A stretch of 64,000 nt of DNA, taken from assembly GCA_964617195.1 (NCBI GenBank), contig CAZTVK010000015.1:2317-66316 (forward strand), in the 5' to 3' direction. A model generated the notes under the pieces. It was not told the origin of the DNA. It ran no database searches and worked only from the letters and a program-made list of their open reading frames with translations. This document shows, piece by piece, positions 38,484-46,802 of this stretch. The stretch is from an uncultured Methanosarcinales archaeon (GTDB taxonomy: Archaea > Nanobdellota > Nanobdellia > Woesearchaeales > ARS49). Positions within the stretch are counted from its first letter, which is position 1. Each line of letters begins with the position of its first letter. The position numbers and the translations under genes were made by a program.

Positions 38484-39749
38484 TTAAAAGCCGAAGGACT
38501 TCTGCCTTTTCTTATAGTATTTATAGCCATAATAGAACACGAAAGGCAGAATAAGTATGATTAGCAAATACCAATACCACGCAACACCCTTCTCAACAAC
38601 AGGCACTTCAGACACGTTCTGAGGCAGTACTAGTTCTTCTTTCTCGGACACTTTGCTTTCAGACCTCTTTTCAGGCTTCTCACAAGCATCACCAACACCA
38701 TCCTTGTCAGAATCAGCCTGATCTTCATTCATTATTGCAGCACAATTATCAGTAAAGTCAAAAACGTCATCACCATCAATATCCTCAGCCTTTGCAAAAC
38801 GGATAATAACGTCATCCTGGTCATTATCACCATTCAAATCACCAACATCTTTTTCAGAAGAAGAAAACACCGCAGTATCCTCAAACACTGAAACTTCACC
38901 AGCAACAACATCCATCTTGGCAGCTGACTTTGACTCAAGATTCCAACCATACAAAAAGCCATCATTAGAGAATAATATTACGTCTCCAGAAATTGAAGGA
39001 GAACTGCCTTTAAGCTCAGTATCAAACACCTTTCTTTCTCTTGCATCAAGAATCTTTATTTTCCCATCAGAAGCAAACACCGCCATGCTATCCTTTGACA
39101 ACAACGGACGCCCTGCTGAAACAGGAATATTAGTAACGCCGCGATCCTCACGATCATACACGCGCACTATCTCATCAGCCTTATCGCCATCAGCATTCAA
39201 ATCAGTATCCAACTGTTTTTCCTCTGTAACGAACACCGCAAATTTTTGATTCACCACAGGATAATCACCCACTGCCTTTGTGTTCGTAATCTCTCCTGTC
39301 CCAATATCATACATTCTGACAATGTCGTCATCCACATCATCGTCATTGGTAAAATCAATGCCCAGCTCAGACTCTTTTGTTGAGAAAATAATCATATCAG
39401 CAAACACGCTCGGATGCCGTCCGACAGCATTCGTGCTCACAACTTTTTTGTCACGCACGTTCGCAAACTGAATGACAGTATCATCTTCATCCTTATCACC
39501 ATTCAAATCATTGTCAGACTCCTTTGTCTCAAACACCACAGTAAAGCCGAAAATAGCCGGAGAAGAACCCTGGCTGAGCTCAGTATCCTCATTCCTTGCC
39601 AAATCATAAACGTGAATGAAACCATCACGCTCGTACACGACAATGCCACCATATAACATTGGATGACTGCCCTGCATTCCAGTGCTTTCAACAATCAAAG
39701 CAGCAGAAAACGGAAGTACCAATAAGAGAGCAATAATCCATGGGCGCAT
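38484..39749 (-). CDS. Surface protein with beta-repeat domain, DxNxDxD Ca-binding loops, a TSP3 repeat and C-terminal TM anchor
   Basis: Start 39749 MRPWIIALLL; four D(L/F).xDxDxxD loops; DNC...DQADSDKDGVGDAC; WYWYLLII..KKR tail. Confidence 0.78.
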   Translation of the reverse strand: MRPWIIALLLVLPFSAALIVESTGMQGSHPMLYGGIVVYERDGFIHVYDLARNEDTELSQGSSPAIFGFTVVFETKESDNDLNGDKDEDDTVIQFANVRDKKVVSTNAVGRHPSVFADMIIFSTKESELGIDFTNDDDVDDDIVRMYDIGTGEITNTKAVGDYPVVNQKFAVFVTEEKQLDTDLNADGDKADEIVRVYDREDRGVTNIPVSAGRPLLSKDSMAVFASDGKIKILDARERKVFDTELKGSSPSISGDVILFSNDGFLYGWNLESKSAAKMDVVAGEVSVFEDTAVFSSSEKDVGDLNGDNDQDDVIIRFAKAEDIDGDDVFDFTDNCAAIMNEDQADSDKDGVGDACEKPEKRSESKVSEKEELVLPQNVSEVPVVEKGVAWYWYLLIILILPFVFYYGYKYYKKRQKSFGF

Positions 39750-39837
39750 ATCACGATAAGAAAAACATACCCATATAAACCTTTTGACATGGGCTAACAC
39801 AGAAACCTTTTTAAATAACCTATAGCCCAGCACGATT

Positions 39838-40218
39838 ATGGTCATAGTACACAGAGCAAGAACGAACAGAAAGCCAACAGGCGGCATGTACAACATAGCC
39901 CGAGATAAACGAAAATACGAAATGGGAAGGTTGCCAACCATGACAAAAATCGGCACACAAAAAATCAAGGCTGTAACGACAAAAGCAAACACGAAAAAAA
40001 TGAAAGTCCTCGTAGCACAATTCGCAAACGTTCTTGATCCAAAAACAAAAAAGTTCGTAAAAGCGACCATCAAAACAGTTGATGAATGCCCGGCAAACAG
40101 GCACTTCGTCAGACGAAACATAGTAGTCAAGGGCGCAGTAATAATGACAGACGCAGGAAAAGCAAAAGTAACATCTCGTCCTGGACAAGATGGAACTGTC
40201 AACGCAGTGCTTATTTAG
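39838..40218 (+). CDS. rps8e: 30S ribosomal protein eS8
   Basis: RKPTGG, RKYEMGR, RRNIVVKGAVI, VTSRPGQDGTVNAVL motifs. Confidence 0.96.
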   Translation: MVIVHRARTNRKPTGGMYNIARDKRKYEMGRLPTMTKIGTQKIKAVTTKANTKKMKVLVAQFANVLDPKTKKFVKATIKTVDECPANRHFVRRNIVVKGAVIMTDAGKAKVTSRPGQDGTVNAVLI

Positions 40219-40266
40219 TTCTGATTTTTGTTAAAATTTATATACTGAAACATATAGATTCTAGAT

Positions 40267-41304
40267 ATGGGGGCAACAATTAACGAATGCGTAGACCGCA
40301 TAATCTCGCACAAAGGACCAGTTCTGCCAGGGCGCGTGACCCTGACCGTTTTGGAATATGTTCTAGTTAATCTTGAAGTAAAAATCTGTGACGATGCTGA
40401 GCTTGCCTACTTGAAAAAATTAAGACCTTACGATTTCAAAGGCACAGACAACCTATGGAACATCGACAACGGCAAGAATTACCCACTTGCACGAGAACTT
40501 TCCCACCATGTTGCCCAGAAACTAATGGAAAAAAACCATTGGAACGTCATGCAACTTGTGCAGAACGTAACTCAAAAACAATTCAATGAAACACCAATCA
40601 ACCAATGGGGCACAACTGCCAGCGGCATGGCTGAAAAAGTCTATGGCAGCCATTCAGAAGCAATCATCGACCTCACACAGAACGACAATAGATATGCAGA
40701 ATGGAATGATGCCAAATGGTACGACTTCAAGAAAGTTCACCTAACTGACGAAAGATCACGAGAGCTTACCCACATCCTTTTGCAGAAAATAATGAAAGAC
40801 AACAACTGGGACTTCGTGCAATTAGTAAAGAACATGCGCGACCCTCCTGAGAACTGCGGCTACACTGGATGGAAGCATGCGTTCCAGAAACCAATAGACC
40901 GATACGGCGCGTCGCTTGTTGGCGTAATCGACCGGCATCGTGATTGTCCGGCTGAAGTGGTTTTAGATCTTGTAATGAATGATAAACGTTACAGGGAATT
41001 CCGCGATTTGAGCAAACCCGACTTCCCAGACCAGCGCAATATCTGGAACCTGAAGAACGGGAAGAAAAACTACGAACTCGCCCGCAAAACAACAGAAATG
41101 CTGATGAAAAAGCTCGACGTGCAGGATTACGCATTGAAAGAGATTCTAGAATGTGTAACCGACAGAGTTTTTCGCAACACCGAAATAAACCGTTACGGAA
41201 CAAAGCTAGAAGGCATGGTTAAGAGGACGTATGGGTGCAGAGTTCGCAGAGCAATCGAGGATTGGTACAATGCAGACAGGACCGCATCCATGAACTTAAG
41301 TTAG
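40267..41304 (+). CDS. Hypothetical protein with three ~95-aa internal repeats (DUF4046-like)
   Basis: Recurrent (Y/P)DF, W....KNY.LAR and I(N/D)(Q/R)(W/Y)G motifs. Confidence 0.72.
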   Translation: MGATINECVDRIISHKGPVLPGRVTLTVLEYVLVNLEVKICDDAELAYLKKLRPYDFKGTDNLWNIDNGKNYPLARELSHHVAQKLMEKNHWNVMQLVQNVTQKQFNETPINQWGTTASGMAEKVYGSHSEAIIDLTQNDNRYAEWNDAKWYDFKKVHLTDERSRELTHILLQKIMKDNNWDFVQLVKNMRDPPENCGYTGWKHAFQKPIDRYGASLVGVIDRHRDCPAEVVLDLVMNDKRYREFRDLSKPDFPDQRNIWNLKNGKKNYELARKTTEMLMKKLDVQDYALKEILECVTDRVFRNTEINRYGTKLEGMVKRTYGCRVRRAIEDWYNADRTASMNLS

Positions 41305-41423
41305 AAGAATTGTTTTCCTCTGTTAATTCTTTTTTAGACGAAATTTCAAAAATGTTTCACTGAAAAGTAGGTCAAACATAGTGAAAAAATATTTCTGAGA
41401 ATATATGTTAAAGAGTGATAATG

Positions 41424-41482
41424 TTTATATATGAATTCAATATGTAGTAACTTGCTCCGACGATGACCACAAGAGCTTGTGG
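41424..41482 (+). promoter_or_regulatory. TATA box plus two tandem NrdR boxes
   Basis: TTTATATA at 41424-41431; attCAATATGTAGtaa at 41435-41450 and ccaCAAGAGCTTGtgg at 41467-41482 fit acaCwAtATaTwGtgt; 32-bp spacing. Confidence 0.75.
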
Positions 41483-41529
41483 TTTTTACAACTTGCGAGT
41501 GAAATTGAACTAAAAAATCAGGTGATTGT

Positions 41530-42006
41530 GTGAAGTGCCCGTTTTGCCAAAATACTGACAACAAAGTCCTTGACAGCAGATTAACAACTGATTCTGACAG
41601 CATTCGAAGAAGAAGAGAATGCGAACAATGCTCAAAAAGATTCACAACATACGAGCGAGTAGAAATGTTTGATATTTCTGTAGTAAAACGCGACGGAAGA
41701 AGAGAGCCGTTCTCAAGAGAAAAAGTCCTGAAAGGAATCATAAGAGCCTGCGAAAAACGACCAGTCAAAAGAGAACAAATGGACGCAGTAATCGGAATCG
41801 TAGAAGCAGCACTAAGACAATCAGACAAAGACGAAATCAAAAGCAACAAAATAGGAGAACTAGTCATGCAAGAACTAGCCAAGCTCGATGATGTCGCGTA
41901 CGTACGCTTTGCAAGCGTGTACAAAAAGTTCAAAGACGCAAACCAATTCGTTGACGCGATCAAAACACTCAAGAAACAGGAACGATTAATGGAGGCAGAA
42001 CCATGA
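41530..42006 (+). CDS. nrdR: Transcriptional repressor NrdR
   Basis: KCPFC, VLDSR, IRRRREC..C..RFTTYE, ATP cone, VAYVRFASVY; GTG start with AGGTGA SD. Confidence 0.97.
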   Translation: MKCPFCQNTDNKVLDSRLTTDSDSIRRRRECEQCSKRFTTYERVEMFDISVVKRDGRREPFSREKVLKGIIRACEKRPVKREQMDAVIGIVEAALRQSDKDEIKSNKIGELVMQELAKLDDVAYVRFASVYKKFKDANQFVDAIKTLKKQERLMEAEP

Positions 42007-44561
42007 CGACAATAAAAACCACGCCAGAACTCAAACAAGAATGGGACAAAGCACCATTCGGCGACATACCACTAACTGAAAACCAAAGAAAAGTCATCAA
42101 AGACAAATACTTACGAGACGACCCAAGCGTTGAAACCTGGCTCTGGGGCATCGCCAAAAACATCGCGCTCTCAGAACTCCTCTACCACCCAGAAATACCA
42201 AGAGACCAAGCATTCGCAGGAACAAGATACAGCCAAGAATGGGTAGACGTAGGAAATGGAGAGACTAGCGAACTATTACTTCTACACATAGGAGCCAAAA
42301 ACTACGGCGACCAAGAACAAAACCACAGAAAATTCATACAAAACCTGTACAAACTACTCGACAACAGCCCAAGAGCAAGAGAAATCTGCCTCAAAACCGC
42401 AGCACAATACTACGACATACTGGCAAACTTTGATTTTCTGCCAAACTCGCCAACGCTAATGAATGCTGGAAGAGAATTACAACAATTATCAGCATGCTAC
42501 GTCCTCCCAATAGACGACAGCATAGAAGCATGGGGAGACTTAGTCAAGCAAACAATGCTCATCCACAAATCAGGAGGAGGAACGGGCTTCTCAGGCTGCA
42601 GAGTCAGACCAAAAGGAGACAGAGTCAAAAGCACAAAAGGAGTAGCATCAGGAGCACTATCCCCATTCAGCATAATTAATTACGCAACGCAAGAAGTCAA
42701 ACAAGGAGGAACGAGAAGAGGAGCAAACATGGGCATCCTGCCATACTGGCACCCAGACGTCTTCGACTTCATCAAACACAAAGCAGAAGACGGCAAACTC
42801 GAAAATTTTAACGTCTCTGTCGCAGTAGACAAAAAGTTCATGGAAGCAGTCAAAAAAGGAGAAGACTACGACTTATTGAATCCAAGAACAAAAGAACCAG
42901 TCGGCAAAGCAAACGCCAAAGAAGTCTTCAACATGATATGCGACTTTGCATGGAAAACAGGAGACCCAGGAATGATCTGGCTGGACAGAATCAACAACAG
43001 CCACTCAAACCCAACACCAAAACTAGGAGAAGTCGAAAGCACCAACCCTTGCGGCGAACAACCATTGCTCCCATACGAGCCATGCAACCTTGGAAGCATC
43101 AACCTGAGCAAGTTCGCAGTAATGGGCAAAATAGATTACGCAAGACTAGGAGAAGTAACCAAGCTAGCCACACGATTCCTAGACAACGTCATTGACGTGA
43201 ACAACTACCCGATTCCAGAAATAGAAAAAATCGCGAAAGGAAACAGAAGAATCGGCCTAGGCGTCATGGGCTGGGCAGAAATGCTCGCGCTATTAAACAT
43301 TCCATACGACAGCAACGAAGCGCTCGCAAAAGCAGAAGAACTAATGAGCTTCATCAACGCAAAAGCGCTGGAAGCAAGCGAAGAACTCGCAATAGAACGC
43401 GGAGTCTTCCCAAACTTCAAAGACAGCATCTTCGACTCAAGCGGGCCATTCTACAGAGACTGGGCAAAAGGAAGACCAAGAAACTGCGCAAGAACAACAA
43501 TCGCGCCAACAGGAACAATAGCGATCTGCGCAGGACTGCAAGGAGGAGGAATCGAACCATTCTTCGGCATAGCCTATACAAGATACAACGCAAAAGCGCT
43601 AGACGCGCTTAAAGCAGGCGCGGAGCCAAACGAAGGAGACGTCTTCCACGAAGTCAACCCGATATTCATGACCGTAGCCAAGAACAACAACTACTTCGGA
43701 CTGGAACCAGAAGAACTGTGGAAAAAAATAGAAGCAAACCACAACTCGGCCAGAGGCGTGAAAGAAATACCAGAGAGCATACAAAGATCATTCGGCTCAG
43801 CGCACGACGTGCAAGTAGAATACCACGTCCAACAACAAGCAGCATTCCAAAAATACACGGACAACGGAGTGTCAAAAACTATTAATTTGCCAAACAGCGC
43901 AACAGTCGAAGACATCAAGAAAACATACATGATGGCACACGAACTCGGCTGCAAAGGAATCACTGTCTACCGCGACGGGTGCAAGAGCCAGCAAGTCCTC
44001 AACATCAGCAAAAAAGAAGTCAAGGAAGTTGCAAAAGAAATGCCGAAAATGGATCCTTCCGAAGGCATCAACTCTGTATACTACCAGTTCGAAACAGGGT
44101 ACGGACCAGTGCACGTGCACATCGACCACCACAACGGCCAGATTTTGAAAGTATTCACGAACATTGCGCCGATAGGAACAGAAATCGCAGGATTGACATC
44201 AGTGATGGGAATACTGATCAGCAAGTATTTGTCGCTAGGCGGAGAAATAAACACGCTCAGAAAGCACCTGAACAGCATCAAAAGCGACAAGCCATACGGA
44301 TTCGGACCAAAAAGAGTAGAAAGCATCCCACACGCCGTGTCAACCGCTTTGAGCAAATTCCTAGCACAAATGGGAAACCTGCCAGGACAACAATTACTGA
44401 CACCAATGGTAGCAACTGCTGAAATCAAAACACAGGCAAAACCAGACCTGCAAGAACACAAGCCAGGACACTGCCCAAAATGCTACAGCCCAAACATTGC
44501 TTACTTAAGCGGCTGTGCTGGACCAACCTGCTACGAGTGCGGATTCAGCGAGTGCAGCTAA
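42003..44561 (+). CDS. nrdJ: Class II (adenosylcobalamin-dependent) ribonucleotide reductase
   Basis: NSPTLMNAG, SACYV, TNPCGEQPL, TIAPTGT, GITVYRDG; C-terminal TSCPD-like region and Cys-rich tail. Confidence 0.95.
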   Translation: MTTIKTTPELKQEWDKAPFGDIPLTENQRKVIKDKYLRDDPSVETWLWGIAKNIALSELLYHPEIPRDQAFAGTRYSQEWVDVGNGETSELLLLHIGAKNYGDQEQNHRKFIQNLYKLLDNSPRAREICLKTAAQYYDILANFDFLPNSPTLMNAGRELQQLSACYVLPIDDSIEAWGDLVKQTMLIHKSGGGTGFSGCRVRPKGDRVKSTKGVASGALSPFSIINYATQEVKQGGTRRGANMGILPYWHPDVFDFIKHKAEDGKLENFNVSVAVDKKFMEAVKKGEDYDLLNPRTKEPVGKANAKEVFNMICDFAWKTGDPGMIWLDRINNSHSNPTPKLGEVESTNPCGEQPLLPYEPCNLGSINLSKFAVMGKIDYARLGEVTKLATRFLDNVIDVNNYPIPEIEKIAKGNRRIGLGVMGWAEMLALLNIPYDSNEALAKAEELMSFINAKALEASEELAIERGVFPNFKDSIFDSSGPFYRDWAKGRPRNCARTTIAPTGTIAICAGLQGGGIEPFFGIAYTRYNAKALDALKAGAEPNEGDVFHEVNPIFMTVAKNNNYFGLEPEELWKKIEANHNSARGVKEIPESIQRSFGSAHDVQVEYHVQQQAAFQKYTDNGVSKTINLPNSATVEDIKKTYMMAHELGCKGITVYRDGCKSQQVLNISKKEVKEVAKEMPKMDPSEGINSVYYQFETGYGPVHVHIDHHNGQILKVFTNIAPIGTEIAGLTSVMGILISKYLSLGGEINTLRKHLNSIKSDKPYGFGPKRVESIPHAVSTALSKFLAQMGNLPGQQLLTPMVATAEIKTQAKPDLQEHKPGHCPKCYSPNIAYLSGCAGPTCYECGFSECS

Positions 44562-44577
44562 TTTTTTCTTTTATTAA

Positions 44578-44637
44578 TTAGAAATCTTCGTCATCGCCGC
44601 CAACATCGTCAGCGTCATCATCACCAATATCATCCAT
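44578..44637 (-). CDS. Candidate 19-aa acidic micropeptide MDDIGDDDADDVGGDDEDF
   Basis: ATG...TAA read by hand; GGAGGTG SD 7 nt upstream; TTTAAATA upstream on the minus strand. Confidence 0.55.
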   Translation of the reverse strand: MDDIGDDDADDVGGDDEDF

Positions 44638-44708
44638 ATGCAGACACCTCCATTTTTTTATCCCTAAAACCCACATAGTATTTAAATTTAGCCAACACAC
44701 TCACACCC

Positions 44709-45230
44709 ATGTCAATCGTAACAAAAGGAGGAGACAAAGGACAGACTTCTTTACTTGGCGGGCAAAGAGTTCCGAAAAATGACGCACGAATAGAAGCATA
44801 CGGAGACGTAGATGAATTGAACGCGGCAATCGGCATCGCACTGACTTACGCCAAAGACAAGAACGTGAAAAAAATCTTACACCAAGTTCTAAACGACTTG
44901 TTCAGAATCGGAGCAGAACTGGCAGCACTCGGAACTAAATTCACTAATTTTCCGAAAATAACTGAAACGCACACAATCGCAATAGAAAAAGAAGTCTACC
45001 GCGTTGAGAACAAATTACCAAAACAAAAAACGTTCATCCTGCCAGCAGGAAACGAAAGCTCAACACATTTGCACTTGGCACGCGCAATCTGCAGAAGAGC
45101 AGAAAGAAAAGTCGTCGCACTGACCGGAGTAAACCAGGAGCTTATCAGATATCTCAACAGGCTAAGCGATTTACTCTTTATTTACGCAAGACTAGAGAAT
45201 AAAAAAGACGAACCGGTGAAGTATGATTGA
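44709..45230 (+). CDS. pduO: PduO-type ATP:cob(I)alamin adenosyltransferase
   Basis: TKGGDKGQTSL, RIEAYGDVDELNA, RAICRRAER, YLNRLSDLLF motifs. Confidence 0.94.
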   Translation: MSIVTKGGDKGQTSLLGGQRVPKNDARIEAYGDVDELNAAIGIALTYAKDKNVKKILHQVLNDLFRIGAELAALGTKFTNFPKITETHTIAIEKEVYRVENKLPKQKTFILPAGNESSTHLHLARAICRRAERKVVALTGVNQELIRYLNRLSDLLFIYARLENKKDEPVKYD

Positions 45231-45378
45231 ACAAACATTTCTAGACAGAGAATTCGCAAGAAAACTTGTAACTACAGAATATGACCCGTGCAACATCTGC
45301 GGAATGCCAATGCTCGCCAATAAGTGCAAGATCACTTGCTTGAACTGCGGGTTCAAAAGAGATTGTAGTGACTCGTAG
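45223..45378 (+). CDS. 51-aa small zinc-finger protein (HVO_2523-like)
   Basis: MIEQTFLDREFARKLVTTEYDPCNICGMPMLANKCKITCLNCGFKRDCSDS; GGTGA SD; overlaps the pduO stop. Not in the ORF track. Confidence 0.72.
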   Translation: MIEQTFLDREFARKLVTTEYDPCNICGMPMLANKCKITCLNCGFKRDCSDS

Positions 45379-45418
45379 CTAAATCTTTAAATAGGTCATT
45401 GTAATTGTATTCTCGGGG

Positions 45419-45518
45419 GGAATGTCAAGAACCATCAAAAAACAATAATGAATAGTGATGGTTCTTGAGCATGCTCGGAAACTCCGCCTAAAAGATGTTT
45501 CCGAGCGGAGTTTCCGAC
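45419..45518. repeat. Two head-to-head REP-like hairpin units sharing the palindrome GAGCATGCTC
   Basis: TCAAGAACCATCA...TGATGGTTCTTGA and TCGGAAACTCCGC...GCGGAGTTTCCGA, both 13-bp stems. Confidence 0.72.
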
Positions 45519-45520
45519 AC

Positions 45521-46174
45521 ATGGAACAAACAGCTAAAGAGGTAGTGCTCACGTATGAAACATTGTACGAGCTTCTGCGAAGAGAAAAATCACGCGAAGA
45601 GCTGCAAAAGCTAGACGAAAGATTCTTCAAAGACACGCTGAATTATTTACGCGAAAAACAGCAATCATACGATGACAATCTCACAAAAAACGACATCTTC
45701 TCGCAAAGCGAAAGAGACAAACTGCACATACAACTCGCAAACATCAAGAAAATACTGAAAGACTTGTACGACATAAGAGAACGCAAGATAATCAACATGG
45801 CGATCAACAAGAGCAGAACAAACTCACACATAGTAGACACGCAAAATCTTCTTCAACAAGAACAATCAATGTTTGAAAGCCTGCACTCAGTGCTATCACA
45901 GTACAGAACAGGAATACTGCACAGACTCATCGAATTAAGAGAGCCAGACATAATGCCAATCGTTTTACCATTGCCGAACGAACAGCCGCAAGAAGAGATA
46001 CCGGCACCATTGCCGCACGGAATGAGGAAAATCAAGTGTTTAGAAGCAGTCGACCAATTCTTCGGAGAAGAATTAGAACAATACGGACCTTTCAAACAAG
46101 ACGAAGAAGTCACGATTCCAGGCCAGCTGGCAGATATTTTGATTTCTCAAGGGAAAGCAGCCGAGACACAGTAA
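45521..46174 (+). CDS. GINS complex subunit (Gins51-like)
   Basis: TYETLYELLRREK..ELQKL...F, LYDIRERKIINMA, YGPF....V.IP...A.ILI..GKA. Start set to 45521, after the hairpins. Confidence 0.85.
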   Translation: MEQTAKEVVLTYETLYELLRREKSREELQKLDERFFKDTLNYLREKQQSYDDNLTKNDIFSQSERDKLHIQLANIKKILKDLYDIRERKIINMAINKSRTNSHIVDTQNLLQQEQSMFESLHSVLSQYRTGILHRLIELREPDIMPIVLPLPNEQPQEEIPAPLPHGMRKIKCLEAVDQFFGEELEQYGPFKQDEEVTIPGQLADILISQGKAAETQ

Positions 46175-46248
46175 CCGCGCCAAAGCAAAGCCTTGGAATG
46201 CACGAGCATTCCAAAACCTTTTTAAACCCCCCATATACCCAACGACGT

Positions 46249-46566
46249 ATGAAGCTTCCGAAAACAAGAAAGACGTACTGCCCGAAGTGCAAAAAGCACA
46301 CAGAACACAAAGTAATAGAGGGCAAGAAAAAAGGCAGAAACGCCACGCACCCAATGAGTTTCGGAAGCCAGAAAAGAATCAGACACCGAGGCCATCTAGG
46401 CATAGGAAACCACGGAAAATATTCACGACCTCCAATCACAAAATGGAGAATGACAGGAAGAAAAACCAGCAAAAAAGTTGATTTACGCTTCGAATGCCCA
46501 GTCTGCAAGAAAATGCACGGCATGAGCGCAGGCGGATTCAGGACAAGAAAGGTGGAGTTCAAATGA
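46249..46566 (+). CDS. rpl44e: 50S ribosomal protein eL42 (L44e)
   Basis: MKLPKTRKTYCPKCKKHTEH and KKVDLRFECPVCKK; start 46249. Confidence 0.95.
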   Translation: MKLPKTRKTYCPKCKKHTEHKVIEGKKKGRNATHPMSFGSQKRIRHRGHLGIGNHGKYSRPPITKWRMTGRKTSKKVDLRFECPVCKKMHGMSAGGFRTRKVEFK

Positions 46567-46751
46567 GAAATCGCATGAAAGAATCAGAAAGCAAATTCAT
46601 CAAAGTAAGATGCCCAAAGTGCAAAAACGAGCAAATACTCTACGGAAAAGCAAGCACTTTGATTCTCTGCCTAGTCTGCGGAAAAGAACTGGCAGAACCA
46701 GTCGGCGGCAAAAGCAGAGTAAAGGCACGAATATTAGAAGTTCTAGAATAA
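46563..46751 (+). CDS. rps27e: 30S ribosomal protein eS27
   Basis: SKFIKVRCPKCKNEQI...CLVCG..LAEP.GGK motif. Confidence 0.96.
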   Translation: MRNRMKESESKFIKVRCPKCKNEQILYGKASTLILCLVCGKELAEPVGGKSRVKARILEVLE

Positions 46752-46802
46752 TTGCGAAATATTTATAAGCCACAAATTTCTGTTTAATAGACGGGGGATT
46801 GA

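Noticed and set aside
39750..40202. Apparent 572-aa ORF overlapping rps8e on the opposite strand
   Set aside because: The extension is the antisense of rps8e; the signal peptide begins at 39749.
42003..44561. Possible intein in NrdJ or RNA polymerase subunits
   Set aside because: Catalytic motifs are contiguous, lengths are ordinary, and no intein splice motifs were seen.
46193..46214. Hairpin TTGGAATGC-acga-GCATTCCAA between GINS and rpl44e
   Set aside because: A real inverted repeat sharing the words gagca/cattcc with the REP-like units, but it lacks their leader-stem-trailer order; not counted as a member.
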